The notes under the pieces: generated by a model
Database searches by the model: none
The model's input: the letters and a program-made list of their open reading frames with translations, nothing else
Told to the model about the DNA's origin: nothing
In this document: positions 23,003 to 34,179 of the stretch, piece after piece
How positions within the stretch are numbered: the first letter of the stretch is position 1
How the letters are laid out: every line of letters begins with the position of its first letter
Made by a program: the position numbers and the translations under genes
Assembly: GCA_001600695.1 (NCBI GenBank)
Contig: BCKQ01000004.1
Span: forward strand, 271,708 to 335,707
Source of the DNA: Ascoidea asiatica JCM 7603
Taxonomy: Eukaryota > Fungi > Ascomycota
Reading direction: 5' to 3'
DNA: 64,000 bases

Positions 23003-24089
23003 CACCAATTAATATCATTGGTCTATTTTTCATATTTTTTAAATCTTCAATATCTGCATGACTTTCTTTCTTATTTTTAACAGCATTATTTATAGCAATT
23101 AATAATTTTTCTTCTTGATTTGATCTAATTAAATCTCTTAAATTTAATTCATTATTATCAAATAAACAAACTTTTAAATTTCCATCAGAAGTAATTCTTA
23201 ATCTTGTACAAGTTGAACAGAAATGATCAGAAATTGAAGAAATAAAACCAAAAGTACCTTTAAAACCATTAATTTTGAAATTTTTTGAAGTATCACCATA
23301 ATTTGAATCTAATTTAGAAATTTGATTTGGAAATTCTTTTAAAATTTTAGTATACATTTCATCTTTTGAAACAAATTTTTTCATTGAAAATTTATTACCA
23401 TCAAAGGGCATAAATTCAATAAATCTAACTTGGATTTCATTTAATTTAGTTAAATTTATAAAATTAATGATTTCATCATCATTTAAATTTTTCATTATAA
23501 CAACATTAATTTTAATTTTTGGTATACCAAGATTAATAGCAGTATTTAAAGAAGAAATAACATTATTAAATCCTTTTCTTCTTGTAATAAATTCAAATTT
23601 TTCTTCAATTAAAGTATCAAGACTTAAATTCAAACCTGATAAACCATTTTCAAATAATTTTGGTAATTTTCTATTTAAAGTTATACCATTTGAAGTTAAA
23701 CAAATTTCTTTTAAATTATTATTTGAATTTTTTTTAAAATTATTTAATTTCTGAAAAATTTCAATAATATCTTTTCTTATAGTTGGTTCACCACCAGTTA
23801 ATCTAATTTTTGAAATACCATTTGAAATAAAAATTTTTGATAAATAAATTATTTCATCAGTTGTTAAAAGTTTTTCATTTGAAGATAAATTTATACCATT
23901 TTCAGGCATACAATACTTACATCTAAGATTACATCTTTCAGTTAATGAAATTCTAAGATAATTATGATTTCTACCAAAACTATCAGTTAAAAAATCAGTG
24001 AAAGGTTTCGCAGTTTTTATTGATTTCCATCTTGGATCTGTATTTGTTGAAATATTTCGAATTAAGAATTTTTTAATAACTGAATTCAT
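22998..24089 (-). CDS. MOCS1A: GTP 3',8-cyclase MoaA/MOCS1A (radical SAM)
   Basis: YLRISLTERCNLRCKYCMP (CX3CX2C), RLTGGEP, FCSTCTRLR..KVCLF and C-terminal RPMILIGG. The N-terminus is presequence-like. Confidence 0.96.
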   Translation of the reverse strand: MNSVIKKFLIRNISTNTDPRWKSIKTAKPFTDFLTDSFGRNHNYLRISLTERCNLRCKYCMPENGINLSSNEKLLTTDEIIYLSKIFISNGISKIRLTGGEPTIRKDIIEIFQKLNNFKKNSNNNLKEICLTSNGITLNRKLPKLFENGLSGLNLSLDTLIEEKFEFITRRKGFNNVISSLNTAINLGIPKIKINVVIMKNLNDDEIINFINLTKLNEIQVRFIEFMPFDGNKFSMKKFVSKDEMYTKILKEFPNQISKLDSNYGDTSKNFKINGFKGTFGFISSISDHFCSTCTRLRITSDGNLKVCLFDNNELNLRDLIRSNQEEKLLIAINNAVKNKKESHADIEDLKNMKNRPMILIGG

Positions 24090-24952
24090 CTTTTATTGAA
24101 CCTTTGAAAGAATATGATTATGGAAAGAATGAAAGATAATTATTCTATTTTAATTCATTGATAACTTATTTCTTCAATTTATAGAATAATGGAGCTTTCT
24201 TTATAGTTAAAATATAAAATATAAAAAATAAATCAAAGATAATGATTATCATAATATTTATTTACTGATGATTCAATCGATAGCAGATTTTGGACTGTAA
24301 CAGGAAATTAACGTTGATTTATAATTTCTATCGGCGGACCGTGTATTCAGGCTCAAATACTTCTACAGTAACGGAACTGCGAGTATTAAGAAAAGAGGAA
24401 AAAAATGCACTGAGAAGAAAACTGCATTGACAATAGATTTTAAAAATATGTCAAAAGAATGTCAAAAGATTATCTTAAATATATTACAGAAAATAGATTA
24501 CGGATTAGAAATTACAGATTACAATCATACGAGAAGATAAATTTCAAATATTAAAATAACTAAATTTGAAATGATAAAATTTAATAAAATTTAAGATATA
24601 AATATTATATTATAAATTATTTATTAGAAAATCAAAATTAATTGAAGCAAAAAAGAACAAAATAGAACTTTGAAGATTTGTCCATAGATAAAATTTACAA
24701 CTTTTTAAAATTATAAAAAATTATAGAGAATTAGAATAAGAATTAAAAATACAACTAATATACCAACTACAGAACAGAATGTATGAGATGATTAGGATGT
24801 TAAATGAATAAAAATTGATTAATTTTTGATTATTTTTGTTTGAATAAATAAGGGTAATAATAATGGTAAAATGATAAAGGGAATAATTAAACTAGCAAGA
24901 AACGATTTGACAAAAATTTAAATGATTTTAAAAAAAGATATTCTTAAAACAT

Positions 24953-25312
24953 TTAAATGAACATTAAACCGGCAACAGCTAAAGCACCAGATAAACCATA
25001 AGCTAATTTGTTGGCACCATTAGCAGTAGCAACTTCTGGAGTAGTAGAGTTAGCAGAAGTAGAGGATTCTACTGCAACAGATGAAGTGGCAGTTAATGGA
25101 CAGTAAGTAGTGTAAATAGTTTCTTCACCTTTAACAGTTTCAGTAACAGTAGTGACACCAGTGGTGACTGGAATTTCAGTACAGACAGAAACACCTGAAC
25201 ATGAAGTAATGGTGATAATAGTTGTAGAAATGTCAGAAACAGTGACATTAGCATAAGAAGCAGAAGCAGCAACGGCAGAAGCAGCGATTAATAAAACTTT
25301 TGAGAATTGCAT
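24953..25312 (-). CDS. Small GPI cell-wall mannoprotein, Ccw12/Pga59-like
   Basis: MQFS signal peptide, TITSC...TTGVTTVT...TIYTTYCPL motif and NGA omega site with hydrophobic tail. Codon usage suggests high expression. Confidence 0.85.
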   Translation of the reverse strand: MQFSKVLLIAASAVAASASYANVTVSDISTTIITITSCSGVSVCTEIPVTTGVTTVTETVKGEETIYTTYCPLTATSSVAVESSTSANSTTPEVATANGANKLAYGLSGALAVAGLMFI

Positions 25313-27239
25313 TTTGAAAATATTTGATTTGGTATTAAAAATTTGAAAATTGAAAAATTAACGAGATTAAAGCGAATGTACTAAGATATAACTTATTAAG
25401 ATCTGAAGATAAAGAAATAAAAAGGAAGAAGAAGAAGAAAGAAAGAAAAGAGAAATAAATAATAAAAAAATAATATTGTGAAAACACGAAGATATTTATA
25501 TTCTTTCTTAATGCTTGAAAAGATTTAAAAATCCCTGTGAGAAAAAAAAAAAAAAAAGCATTTTCAAACGTTTGAGTCTATATTTAGACTCCTGTAAAAG
25601 AAAGTTGATTTTAACTTCCTTTTTATTCAACTGGATTTCCGAATTAAGCCCACTTCATCCCATTTTTCTACGCTGGTCGTTCTGAGTTGGGAAGAATATC
25701 GCTAATCTTAGCTTCCATTGCGAGGATATAATCTGTGTACATAAAAAAGCAGCGTTATAAAGCATAGGAAATGGGCTACTACGCATTTAGTTGCGCTCAA
25801 TGCGTGTTGCTGGTTCTGAATACTCGGCGGACAGACGCATGTCCTGCAAAAAAGTAAGAGGCAATGCTTTTTAATTGGCTGCCGCGGAAGTCATTAATAA
25901 GAGCGGCCCATCTTTTGGTCTGCTCCGCCTTCTCCAACAACAACGGACGCGCCGTGATGGACGGCCTGTGAGCAGTATGACCGAATCAACATCTGACGCA
26001 TTTTCCTCTCGAGTCACTTTCAAATATTTTGAACCTGCCGGTGGTCGGACGATGGCAAAAATAAGTCGAAAACGTGATAGAAAATGTCTAGTAATAACTT
26101 CGAAAAGAAAACAAGTGAGAGGCCTCGGAAACTTCCGAAAGAAGCAGTTACCTGAATCGATAAAAGAAAAACAAATAAAGATGTTACTCTGACTACTGAA
26201 ATACAAACAAGAAATAAATTACGTAATCATCATTAGGAGTATTACCCTTTTCAAGATCTCAAAGGAGTAATTTTCTCAAGTCACAAACTTCAGAAATCAA
26301 TTGTTTACATACTCAATACAATTTCAAGGAGTATTTCCAACAGCTAAAGCAGAAAGGAAAGACTATTTGCTTCTGTCGAATTTTTTATTATTGTAACAAA
26401 TTACACTTATCTAATGTAACTCTGATCTCATAAATTATGATTTGAGCAATGGTTTATAATTTTCCTGATCGGGGTTTAAAACCGGTTTTGTGGAATGACG
26501 TTTGAATTATTTTGAATTATTCTGAGGTATTGGAAATTCAAGCTTTCTTGAATCACACTTCAATCAGTGATTTATTAGTTCTGTGATTCAAATAACACAA
26601 ATCTGTAACAAGAAAATAGAAGAAAGATTATTGCAATTTCGGTTTTTCAATAGATAACGAAAATCAATCGATAATTGCTTTCAATAGTATTTAATAAATC
26701 AAAGAAAGTTTATCAGACCATTAAAACTGACATAAGGCTGTATGGTCAATTGATTTTTTTTTGAAAAAAAACTTCTAAAAGATTATCAAAGTAATATAAT
26801 AAACTTATACTCAGAAATCGAGTTAAAACCACCTTTCTGGATTGAAAAGAAATAATAGGTAAGAAAGAGTAAACTTTTACAAAAAATTTATCAAATTTAG
26901 TAACATAAACAGCTGATAACGTTACCTTTAAGTGATTCAATTTGGTGAAGTAAATTTGGCGGAATTGATTTTCCTATTCCCGGTTATCTGGTATCCGTAC
27001 AAAAATATCAAGTGCTTTCAACAGAAGTTATACCTCAAGCTTATTTCACTTTACTTTATCAAATAACATAAATTAATATTGCAGACACTTTATCTTGAAA
27101 TATTTACATTTTACTTCAAACCTACAAAATTCGGTACTTACAAAAGTTTTGAGTGAAATAATGAAAAAAAATCATAATTTGAAACGGATTGTACATTTAT
27201 TGTTTTAAAACTATGATATAATTAAGTTGAAAATAATAT

Positions 27240-28282
27240 CTATGCTTTAGCTAAAGCTTTTTTATTAGCATATCTGTTTTGTTTTTTTAAAACCATAACC
27301 TGGAATCTTTCAAAATCAGTTAATTCAGCACGTCTTTTTCTTTGAGCAATTTTTTTAGCCCATGATGTTGCTGCCCATTGTTTTAAAATATCTGCGGCTT
27401 GAAATTTTTTTGCAACTGTAGCAGTTCTTGCACCTCTTGGTAATTTTTCAACAACTAATGTGGTTAAAACAACATTAGCTAATGATATAGATTGTCTTGG
27501 TACACCACATGCTGGTCCATCAACTAAAACCTATTCGGAAAAAAAAAAGTTATTAAAAAAAATTGACAATAAGTTAGTATTTAAATTTTTTATCAACAAA
27601 AATGAAAAATCAGTGGTTCCAATATATAAGAGAAACTTTATGTTTGAAAATGAAATGAAAGATAGATTTGAAGATTTACTGATTTCAGAATATAATAGTT
27701 TATAAAAAAAAAACTAATTGAACACTATATTTTATCATTTTTTTTAAAAAATAATGTTTTATAGAATATTTTCTGATTACACTTTTCTTGAATTCAATCA
27801 TACCAATTTTTAGATTTTTATTTAACTCATTAATGAATCAATTATGAAATACAAATTCCAAGTAGACTAACTAAATCTTTTTAATTTTTTATGGTTGGTA
27901 TACTATTTTAACAAACTTTCAAATTTATGGAATAAATATTATTTATGTTTTATAATTTGGAATTGATTCTAAAAGTTGTTAAATCCTTTACTTGGATAAT
28001 AGATTTTACTCTTCTGAATGTTTTATAATTTTGATTATTTTTCAATATCACCCTTATTAATTTTCTATTCCATTTTTGTTATATATCTTTAATGAACTTT
28101 ATTCCCATTATTTCCTCTTATTTTTGATTCTTTTTTTTTTAGTTGATACATACACGTTTTTGATCAATGATTTCAACAACTGTTGCAAGTTTTCCTTTAT
28201 ATTGACCTTTGTTGACTAAAACAACACGACCAACTTCTACAAGTCTCCATTTACTAGCTTTAACTGATGTTTCTGTTGACAT
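27240..28282 (-). CDS. RPL14: 60S ribosomal protein L14 (eL14), exons 28154-28282 and 27240-27530
   Basis: Not in the ORF track. Exon 1 reads [23 protein letters not shown]...EIIDQKR. The 623-nt intron runs GTATGT...TACTAAC (27573-27579)...TAG. Exon 2 reads VLVDGP...ALAKA*. Confidence 0.95.
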
Positions 28283-28500
28283 TTTGATAATCTTTTGGAT
28301 ATTTTTCTTTTGCTATTTTCAATAATATTCTCTGTCACTTTAAATTTATCAATTTTGAATATATTATTACTTCAATAATTTCAATTTCATAAAGCTACTT
28401 TTTGCCAACACTCCAACAAGTCACGAGTCTTCAGAATCGATTTCAAAAAAAACAAAAATTATAATTTGAAAACTATCGCAATACTCTAAAAGAATACTTT

Positions 28501-28665
28501 AGCCCTAATCACATGATAGTTATTTGGAAAAACTACGCTTGTGCTAACAGTCACTTGTTTTTTTAAACCAAAAAGCCCTAAATAAACTCCCGTGATGAAA
28601 ATATTGTTTTTTTTATAACCTAATAACGTCAAACCTTTTATATTTTTGGTTCTCTAGACCTAAAC
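28501..28665. promoter_or_regulatory. Tbf1-like (GCCCTAA) sites with adjacent Cbf1-like TCACATGA in RPL14 promoter
   Basis: agccctaatcacatga at 28501 and aagccctaaa at ~28572, with further cctaa at ~28619 and ~28659. Confidence 0.5.
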
Positions 28666-28876
28666 CTTAATTGTTTTTTTGCGGGAACTTTGTTTTACAT
28701 AACAAATAAAGATTGAAGTAATCTAAATTTCGGCTAATTAAACTCTTTTTCGCAATATTACAAAGAATAAAAGGGTGTGAATAATCAAAAACTTCAGAAA
28801 TTCTGTTTAGTTCATATTTTTGTTACTTGTATTCTTATTTTTTTTATGTTTTTTTAAAAAATTTATATTCTAAAAT

Positions 28877-31800
28877 CTATAATGCTCTTATATAAACAGG
28901 TGCTCGTTGAGTGTGTTGTAAAATATTATTACTAGAATTAAATATTCTCTCATCAAATATTGTACCCCATTCATATTCACCTTTAGCTAAAATTACTGCA
29001 CCTAGCTCATATATACTACTTTCTCCAGGCTTAATATACGGTTCAATCGCCATTTGTAAAGTTCCATTATATAAGATTTTTCTTTCTATTGATCCTCCTG
29101 CAACAATTGGTATATGCCTTATAAAACCTTTAATATTTTCAGAAGACCTATTTGTAATTCTTGTTTTTATAATAAAGAATTGTTCTGTTTGCACTTCCCA
29201 ATATAATCCATTATGAGCTATAGGTTGAATATTATCATCATCATTTATTGCAGGTATTAATTCAATATCAATACTAATTTTTTCAACTTTTAGTACACTA
29301 ATCATTCTTTGAGATAATCGAATTCCTCTTAATTCAATAAAGCCTTTTCTACCAGTTCTATCTTCACTCCAAAGACCTTTTATATGACGAAGAACTTCCT
29401 TCCTGTACCAAAAAGACTCTTTTATAAATCTGGTTTCTTCTTTTGTACCCTTTTGAGAATGTTTTATATATTGTCTATTTCTTAAACTTGGAATTTCTCT
29501 ATCAAGATATTCTGATGAAAAATTTATTCTCTTTATAGGTAATAAGTATCTTTGAGTATGACTTGGCCCAATTGAGTCACCAATGAAATATGAATTATTT
29601 TTATTTGCAATATTCTCGATATCTGAAATATTTTCTCTTATTCCATCTTCATTATCTAAATCGTCTCCCGTTTCAAATAAAAATTCACTACTTCTTAGAT
29701 CAATATTAAATTTTTGATTCCAAGAATTTTTCAAATCTAAAACTAATAAACAATAATCAGAAATATTTTCACCTTTTTTATGAAGATACGACCAAATATA
29801 ATCTTGATCTCTTAACATATTTTTATCCGCACTAAAATTATTATCAATAACTTGAGAATGATCCTTAACATTATAAAATAATGGAATTAAATCACATCCA
29901 GCAAGTTCTATACTAGGTTGAACAGTAATATATACTGGAATACTAACTCTTCTAAAATATTTTTCATTATCTTTAAGTTGATTTCCATAATCTAATATAA
30001 TTGTTGCATTTTTCATACCTCTTTTACCTTTAACATCTATATCTAATGAAACAATATCATAAGGTTTAACTGATTTTAATTTACCAAAATCTCCCTTTCT
30101 GACTTTTAAAGGTTTTCTTTTCAAAAGATAATATTCAATTTCATATACTTCATTAACAGGAGTATCTCTCGATTCCAATGAGTTTCTTAAAGGTTCTATT
30201 GTTGAATCTAAAAAGCTAAATGCTAGATAATTTATTATAATATTAGAAAGATTTTTTAATTTAACATTCAAAGAAGACTTTTCACCTTCAAGAAGCATTA
30301 ACCATGAGTTATTTAAGGACAAGTTTGTCAAAATCAAAATTGGTTGAGGTTGAATCACTTTATATTTCAAATTTTTAAAATTTATCCTCTGACTTATTAC
30401 ATTATTTTTAAGATTTTCTTTCGATAGATGAACCAATACAGAATTGAAATTATCTGAATTCTTTTCTGAAGATATCTCATTTACATTTTCCTCAAGTATC
30501 ATATTAAAATAATCAGGTTTACCTTCTTTATTTACAGGTAAATTAGATCTAAGACCTGTGATTTTTATTTTTTGAGGAAGTTGTATCTTTTCAGTAGCAG
30601 CTATCTTAAAAAACTGCGATTCACAATTACAAACTTTTAAGGTGCAGCCTATAATATTCATAAAACCTGAGTTTAATGGCTTTACGCTGACCAGAATAGA
30701 TTGAAAAGAATTTGATAGAATGACAAAATGATTATGATTGTTATTCATCAATGTTTCAAGTTTGACTCTACCATCCGTTTCAACCTTAATCTCATTAATC
30801 TCTATATCAAACAGAAAAGGATTTTGAACTCTTATTTGTAAAGTTATTGATTCGTCTTGAATTAAATCCACTGAATCATCATAAAATTCATCTGAAATAA
30901 AATCAATTTTTTTGTTACTTAAGGAAATTCTATTTTTTGAAAATCTTTTAGCACTTTTACGAATTTCATATGGATTATAAAGTAATGCACTTGGTGAAGA
31001 TAAAGTAGATCTTTTAGAAGTAGTAGGTGTAGAATTGTTTGGAGTTAATTCTAGAGCTGATTCATCTCCCAATAATCTTATAGGTCTTAAACTTTCATCA
31101 AAGTTTTTAATAAGAAATACATCTCTGATGATAAATGGATCCCAGTAATATATCTTTATACTTAAATTTAAATTTCGAGAAACATCAACCCCCTTTTTGA
31201 TCATATCATAAAGCTGTATTTGTTCGTTTTTTTTCAAGCAATGTAAATATCTAGTCAATAAAATAGAACTAAAATTAAGCACTCCATGTAAATCATTCAA
31301 AGATTCACAAAAGTTGATACAGGATTTAAGGATTACTTTTTGAGAATAAGACCAATTCGCTTTTGTAGAATCAAATAAAGAAGATTCTGGAGATACACCA
31401 ATACCATAAGCAAACATCAATGAATCAAGAAATTTATGAACATTTTCTTCAAATGGCTTCGAAGGCCTTTCTGATGAATCAACATTACTTATACTTATTT
31501 CATTTCTATTAAAATTATTGTTCACAGAATCTAAGAGAACAAAGTAAGATCCCTCATCAGGTTTTGACTTAGATTGAAACCTTTTACTTAAAGGATTATT
31601 TTTGAAAAATTCAGGTGTTAAAGTTGACATTAACATTTTCAAAATAAACGACATTTTTCTGTAAAGCTCTAAGTCTCCAAATATTGAAGCCAAAGCACAA
31701 TATACTTTACACTGCGATAAAACATCCATTTTTTTGAGCTGAACTGTAAATATTTTGTTGGAAAATTTTATTATATCATATTTGTTAAAATATGTAGAAT

Positions 31801-33190
31801 TTATCTCTCTTGTTGAAATCTTTTTTCCACGAATAATATGATCTAAAACTTTTGCATTCAAGCCACCACCAACATGTATAACAGACATAAATTTCATAAA
31901 TCTTAAAATTGTTTCACAATAAACTAGTTGAGGAACATAATCTTCATGATCTTCGAATGTTAAAGAATAATAAAATAATGTTCTTTTAGTTAATTTATAT
32001 ATAATATCAGGAATAGGTAGACTCTCATTACCAGTAGTTGCATTTTTAGAAGATTTAGAAGAATTTAGGGTAAATGAATTCCTAGGTGATGTAATAGGTG
32101 ATTCGTAATTTACAGGTGCAGTTGAATCAGATCTATGTCTATCTTTTAAGTAATTAAACGAAATGCTTGAGTTTGGAGAACTTATATTTGAGTTATTTGA
32201 ATCTTTATCTTTTGAAGTTCCGATTATAGAATCAAGACCTATTGGAATTTTATAAGGGATTCCAAGAAAAGATAGTAAAAGAAAACAAATTCCGATCCCT
32301 TCCAAAGTAGAACCAAGCCACAAGAAATCATTCGCCATTTTTAATAATTGGGCAGCTTCTCCGAATTCTTTTAATGCATCAGTTACTTTTCCTGCTAATA
32401 AAAAAAAATTTCCAAGAATTTTTTGTTGTCTACCTTTCTGTCTACTTTCCTTTTTTTCTGTAGAACCTCTTAATGATAATTTGCTGTTTAACTCAAGAGC
32501 TAAAGTTGAATCTGTTGAGAGTCTCGATTTTGACTTTGATTTTGATTTATTGGATATTGCAGAAACTGCTGGAAGGGCAATTGAATCCCTCGGGCGATGA
32601 GAGGATAAAGAAGTTTTTAAAACATCACTTGCACTTATTGTTCCAGGAGATCTTAAAGTGACATGTTGAAACGATTGAGCATATAATGACAAGGCAGATA
32701 GAAAATTATGAGTTATACTTTTTATTATATCTTCTGGCTTTGAAAAAGGAAAATTATATATATTATTTTGAGTTTGATTAGAAAGTTTATCAGTAGAAGA
32801 GTTACAAATTATTATATTTTGAACAATTGAAGTATTATATTTTTTCTTTAAGTTAACCAAATGCTGTTTTAATTGATCCAAATCTAAAATTTCTGAATAA
32901 TTCAATACACCAACAATTATAAAATTCTTCCTAAAAGGTTCAAAATCCTGAAAAAAAATTGATTCTTCATCATTCAAACATAATCTTAAATCATATATAA
33001 TTCTTCCACTTGGAGAACTCTGAGGATTGAAAATTGAGGATTTCACAGATTCGATTTCGCTTAATTTAACTTCAAAAAAGCCTTTAATTGAATCAAAACA
33101 TGTTAGGAAATCTTGATCCGAAATATTATCAATTGGAATAAATAGTGTTTTTACTCTTGAAGGGGCAGTATATGAGTAAGCATCCAACAT
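28877..33190 (-). CDS. TRS120: TRAPP II subunit Trs120 (TRAPPC9)
   Basis: YSYTAPSRVKTLFIPI, FQDFEPFRK, GRQQKILGNFFLLAG, NDFLWLGSTLEG and YWDPF. Confidence 0.9.
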   Translation of the reverse strand: MLDAYSYTAPSRVKTLFIPIDNISDQDFLTCFDSIKGFFEVKLSEIESVKSSIFNPQSSPSGRIIYDLRLCLNDEESIFFQDFEPFRKNFIIVGVLNYSEILDLDQLKQHLVNLKKKYNTSIVQNIIICNSSTDKLSNQTQNNIYNFPFSKPEDIIKSITHNFLSALSLYAQSFQHVTLRSPGTISASDVLKTSLSSHRPRDSIALPAVSAISNKSKSKSKSRLSTDSTLALELNSKLSLRGSTEKKESRQKGRQQKILGNFFLLAGKVTDALKEFGEAAQLLKMANDFLWLGSTLEGIGICFLLLSFLGIPYKIPIGLDSIIGTSKDKDSNNSNISSPNSSISFNYLKDRHRSDSTAPVNYESPITSPRNSFTLNSSKSSKNATTGNESLPIPDIIYKLTKRTLFYYSLTFEDHEDYVPQLVYCETILRFMKFMSVIHVGGGLNAKVLDHIIRGKKISTREINSTYFNKYDIIKFSNKIFTVQLKKMDVLSQCKVYCALASIFGDLELYRKMSFILKMLMSTLTPEFFKNNPLSKRFQSKSKPDEGSYFVLLDSVNNNFNRNEISISNVDSSERPSKPFEENVHKFLDSLMFAYGIGVSPESSLFDSTKANWSYSQKVILKSCINFCESLNDLHGVLNFSSILLTRYLHCLKKNEQIQLYDMIKKGVDVSRNLNLSIKIYYWDPFIIRDVFLIKNFDESLRPIRLLGDESALELTPNNSTPTTSKRSTLSSPSALLYNPYEIRKSAKRFSKNRISLSNKKIDFISDEFYDDSVDLIQDESITLQIRVQNPFLFDIEINEIKVETDGRVKLETLMNNNHNHFVILSNSFQSILVSVKPLNSGFMNIIGCTLKVCNCESQFFKIAATEKIQLPQKIKITGLRSNLPVNKEGKPDYFNMILEENVNEISSEKNSDNFNSVLVHLSKENLKNNVISQRINFKNLKYKVIQPQPILILTNLSLNNSWLMLLEGEKSSLNVKLKNLSNIIINYLAFSFLDSTIEPLRNSLESRDTPVNEVYEIEYYLLKRKPLKVRKGDFGKLKSVKPYDIVSLDIDVKGKRGMKNATIILDYGNQLKDNEKYFRRVSIPVYITVQPSIELAGCDLIPLFYNVKDHSQVIDNNFSADKNMLRDQDYIWSYLHKKGENISDYCLLVLDLKNSWNQKFNIDLRSSEFLFETGDDLDNEDGIRENISDIENIANKNNSYFIGDSIGPSHTQRYLLPIKRINFSSEYLDREIPSLRNRQYIKHSQKGTKEETRFIKESFWYRKEVLRHIKGLWSEDRTGRKGFIELRGIRLSQRMISVLKVEKISIDIELIPAINDDDNIQPIAHNGLYWEVQTEQFFIIKTRITNRSSENIKGFIRHIPIVAGGSIERKILYNGTLQMAIEPYIKPGESSIYELGAVILAKGEYEWGTIFDERIFNSSNNILQHTQRAPVYIRAL

Positions 33191-34179
33191 ATCTGATCAA
33201 CAATAAAGAAGAATCTAGAAATAAAGTAAGTTTAAAGGCACAAATAAAATGAATGAATTTTTAACCTTTGTTCCTTGTTTCTTTTCCTTTAACTTTCATG
33301 AAAGCTTTGAACAATTGAAGTAATTGGCTTTCTTTTTAATTATTCAATATATTTGCAAATTTAGATGAATCGTTTAAATCAAATCATAATTCATTATTTT
33401 TCAGAATTAGCCTGCTACGTATTATGAAAACAGTAATGGACAATTGATCCACAACTTATCAGTTTTGAAGCTGATCCTTGGTTTTAACAGCGGACCGGAA
33501 ATCTACTCAAAGCCTATTTTATGCCGTGGCACGATAACTTTCCAAAATCTAGCCCAAACTAAACTCTCTCTGGAGAGATCAAATACTTTAAAAAAGTTTT
33601 TTCATAAAGTAGCATTACATATCTTCATTAGTATTTTAATTATTCTTAGAAGTTAATAATTCACGAATATGTATAATTAAAATTCAAAAATGATGGCCGA
33701 GTTTGTTTTGAGTTTCCCGGAAATTTTTATATAGAAAAATAAAGAGCACAAAAGTTATTTTGTGTTGTTCAAAATCAACGATTAATATGCAATTTCATAT
33801 ATGAAAAAATAATTAAAGCAGATTACATAATTGCATCATCATAATATATATTTGGTGAAAAGCAAAAAAAATTCGAAACTATGATGTTTTGCAGCGAGTT
33901 TTTATCTCCCCGTTTTGGCAATAATAATAGAACATCATTGTAAATAATTCTAGAAAAATTGCTTAAAAAGCTTATAAGCATTCAAAGTAGATCAAGAAAT
34001 TTCAAGTGATAAAAGCATAAGCCTCGCGAAATATATACCTTTAAAAGGGATAAAAAGTTAATACATTTTTATAGAAAAAAACAATATTACAAAAATATTA
34101 TAAATATTCCTTGTAATAAAAAAGGATCAAATATCAATAAAATATTTATCATCAGTAGCATATGCGCAATGATATTTAC

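Noticed and set aside
25871-26206. Opposing ~105-aa ORFs upstream of the Ccw12-like gene
   Set aside because: Non-ATG starts and no motifs; this is a promoter GC island.
27531-28153. Intronic snoRNA in the long RPL14 intron
   Set aside because: No convincing C/D or H/ACA box pair seen; long introns are normal in yeast RP genes.
28735-28780. Superficial U5 snRNA-like stem-loop
   Set aside because: Lacks the invariant GCCTTTTAC loop.
33690-33725. TGGCCGAGT tRNA A-box-like sequence
   Set aside because: No B-box or cloverleaf follows.
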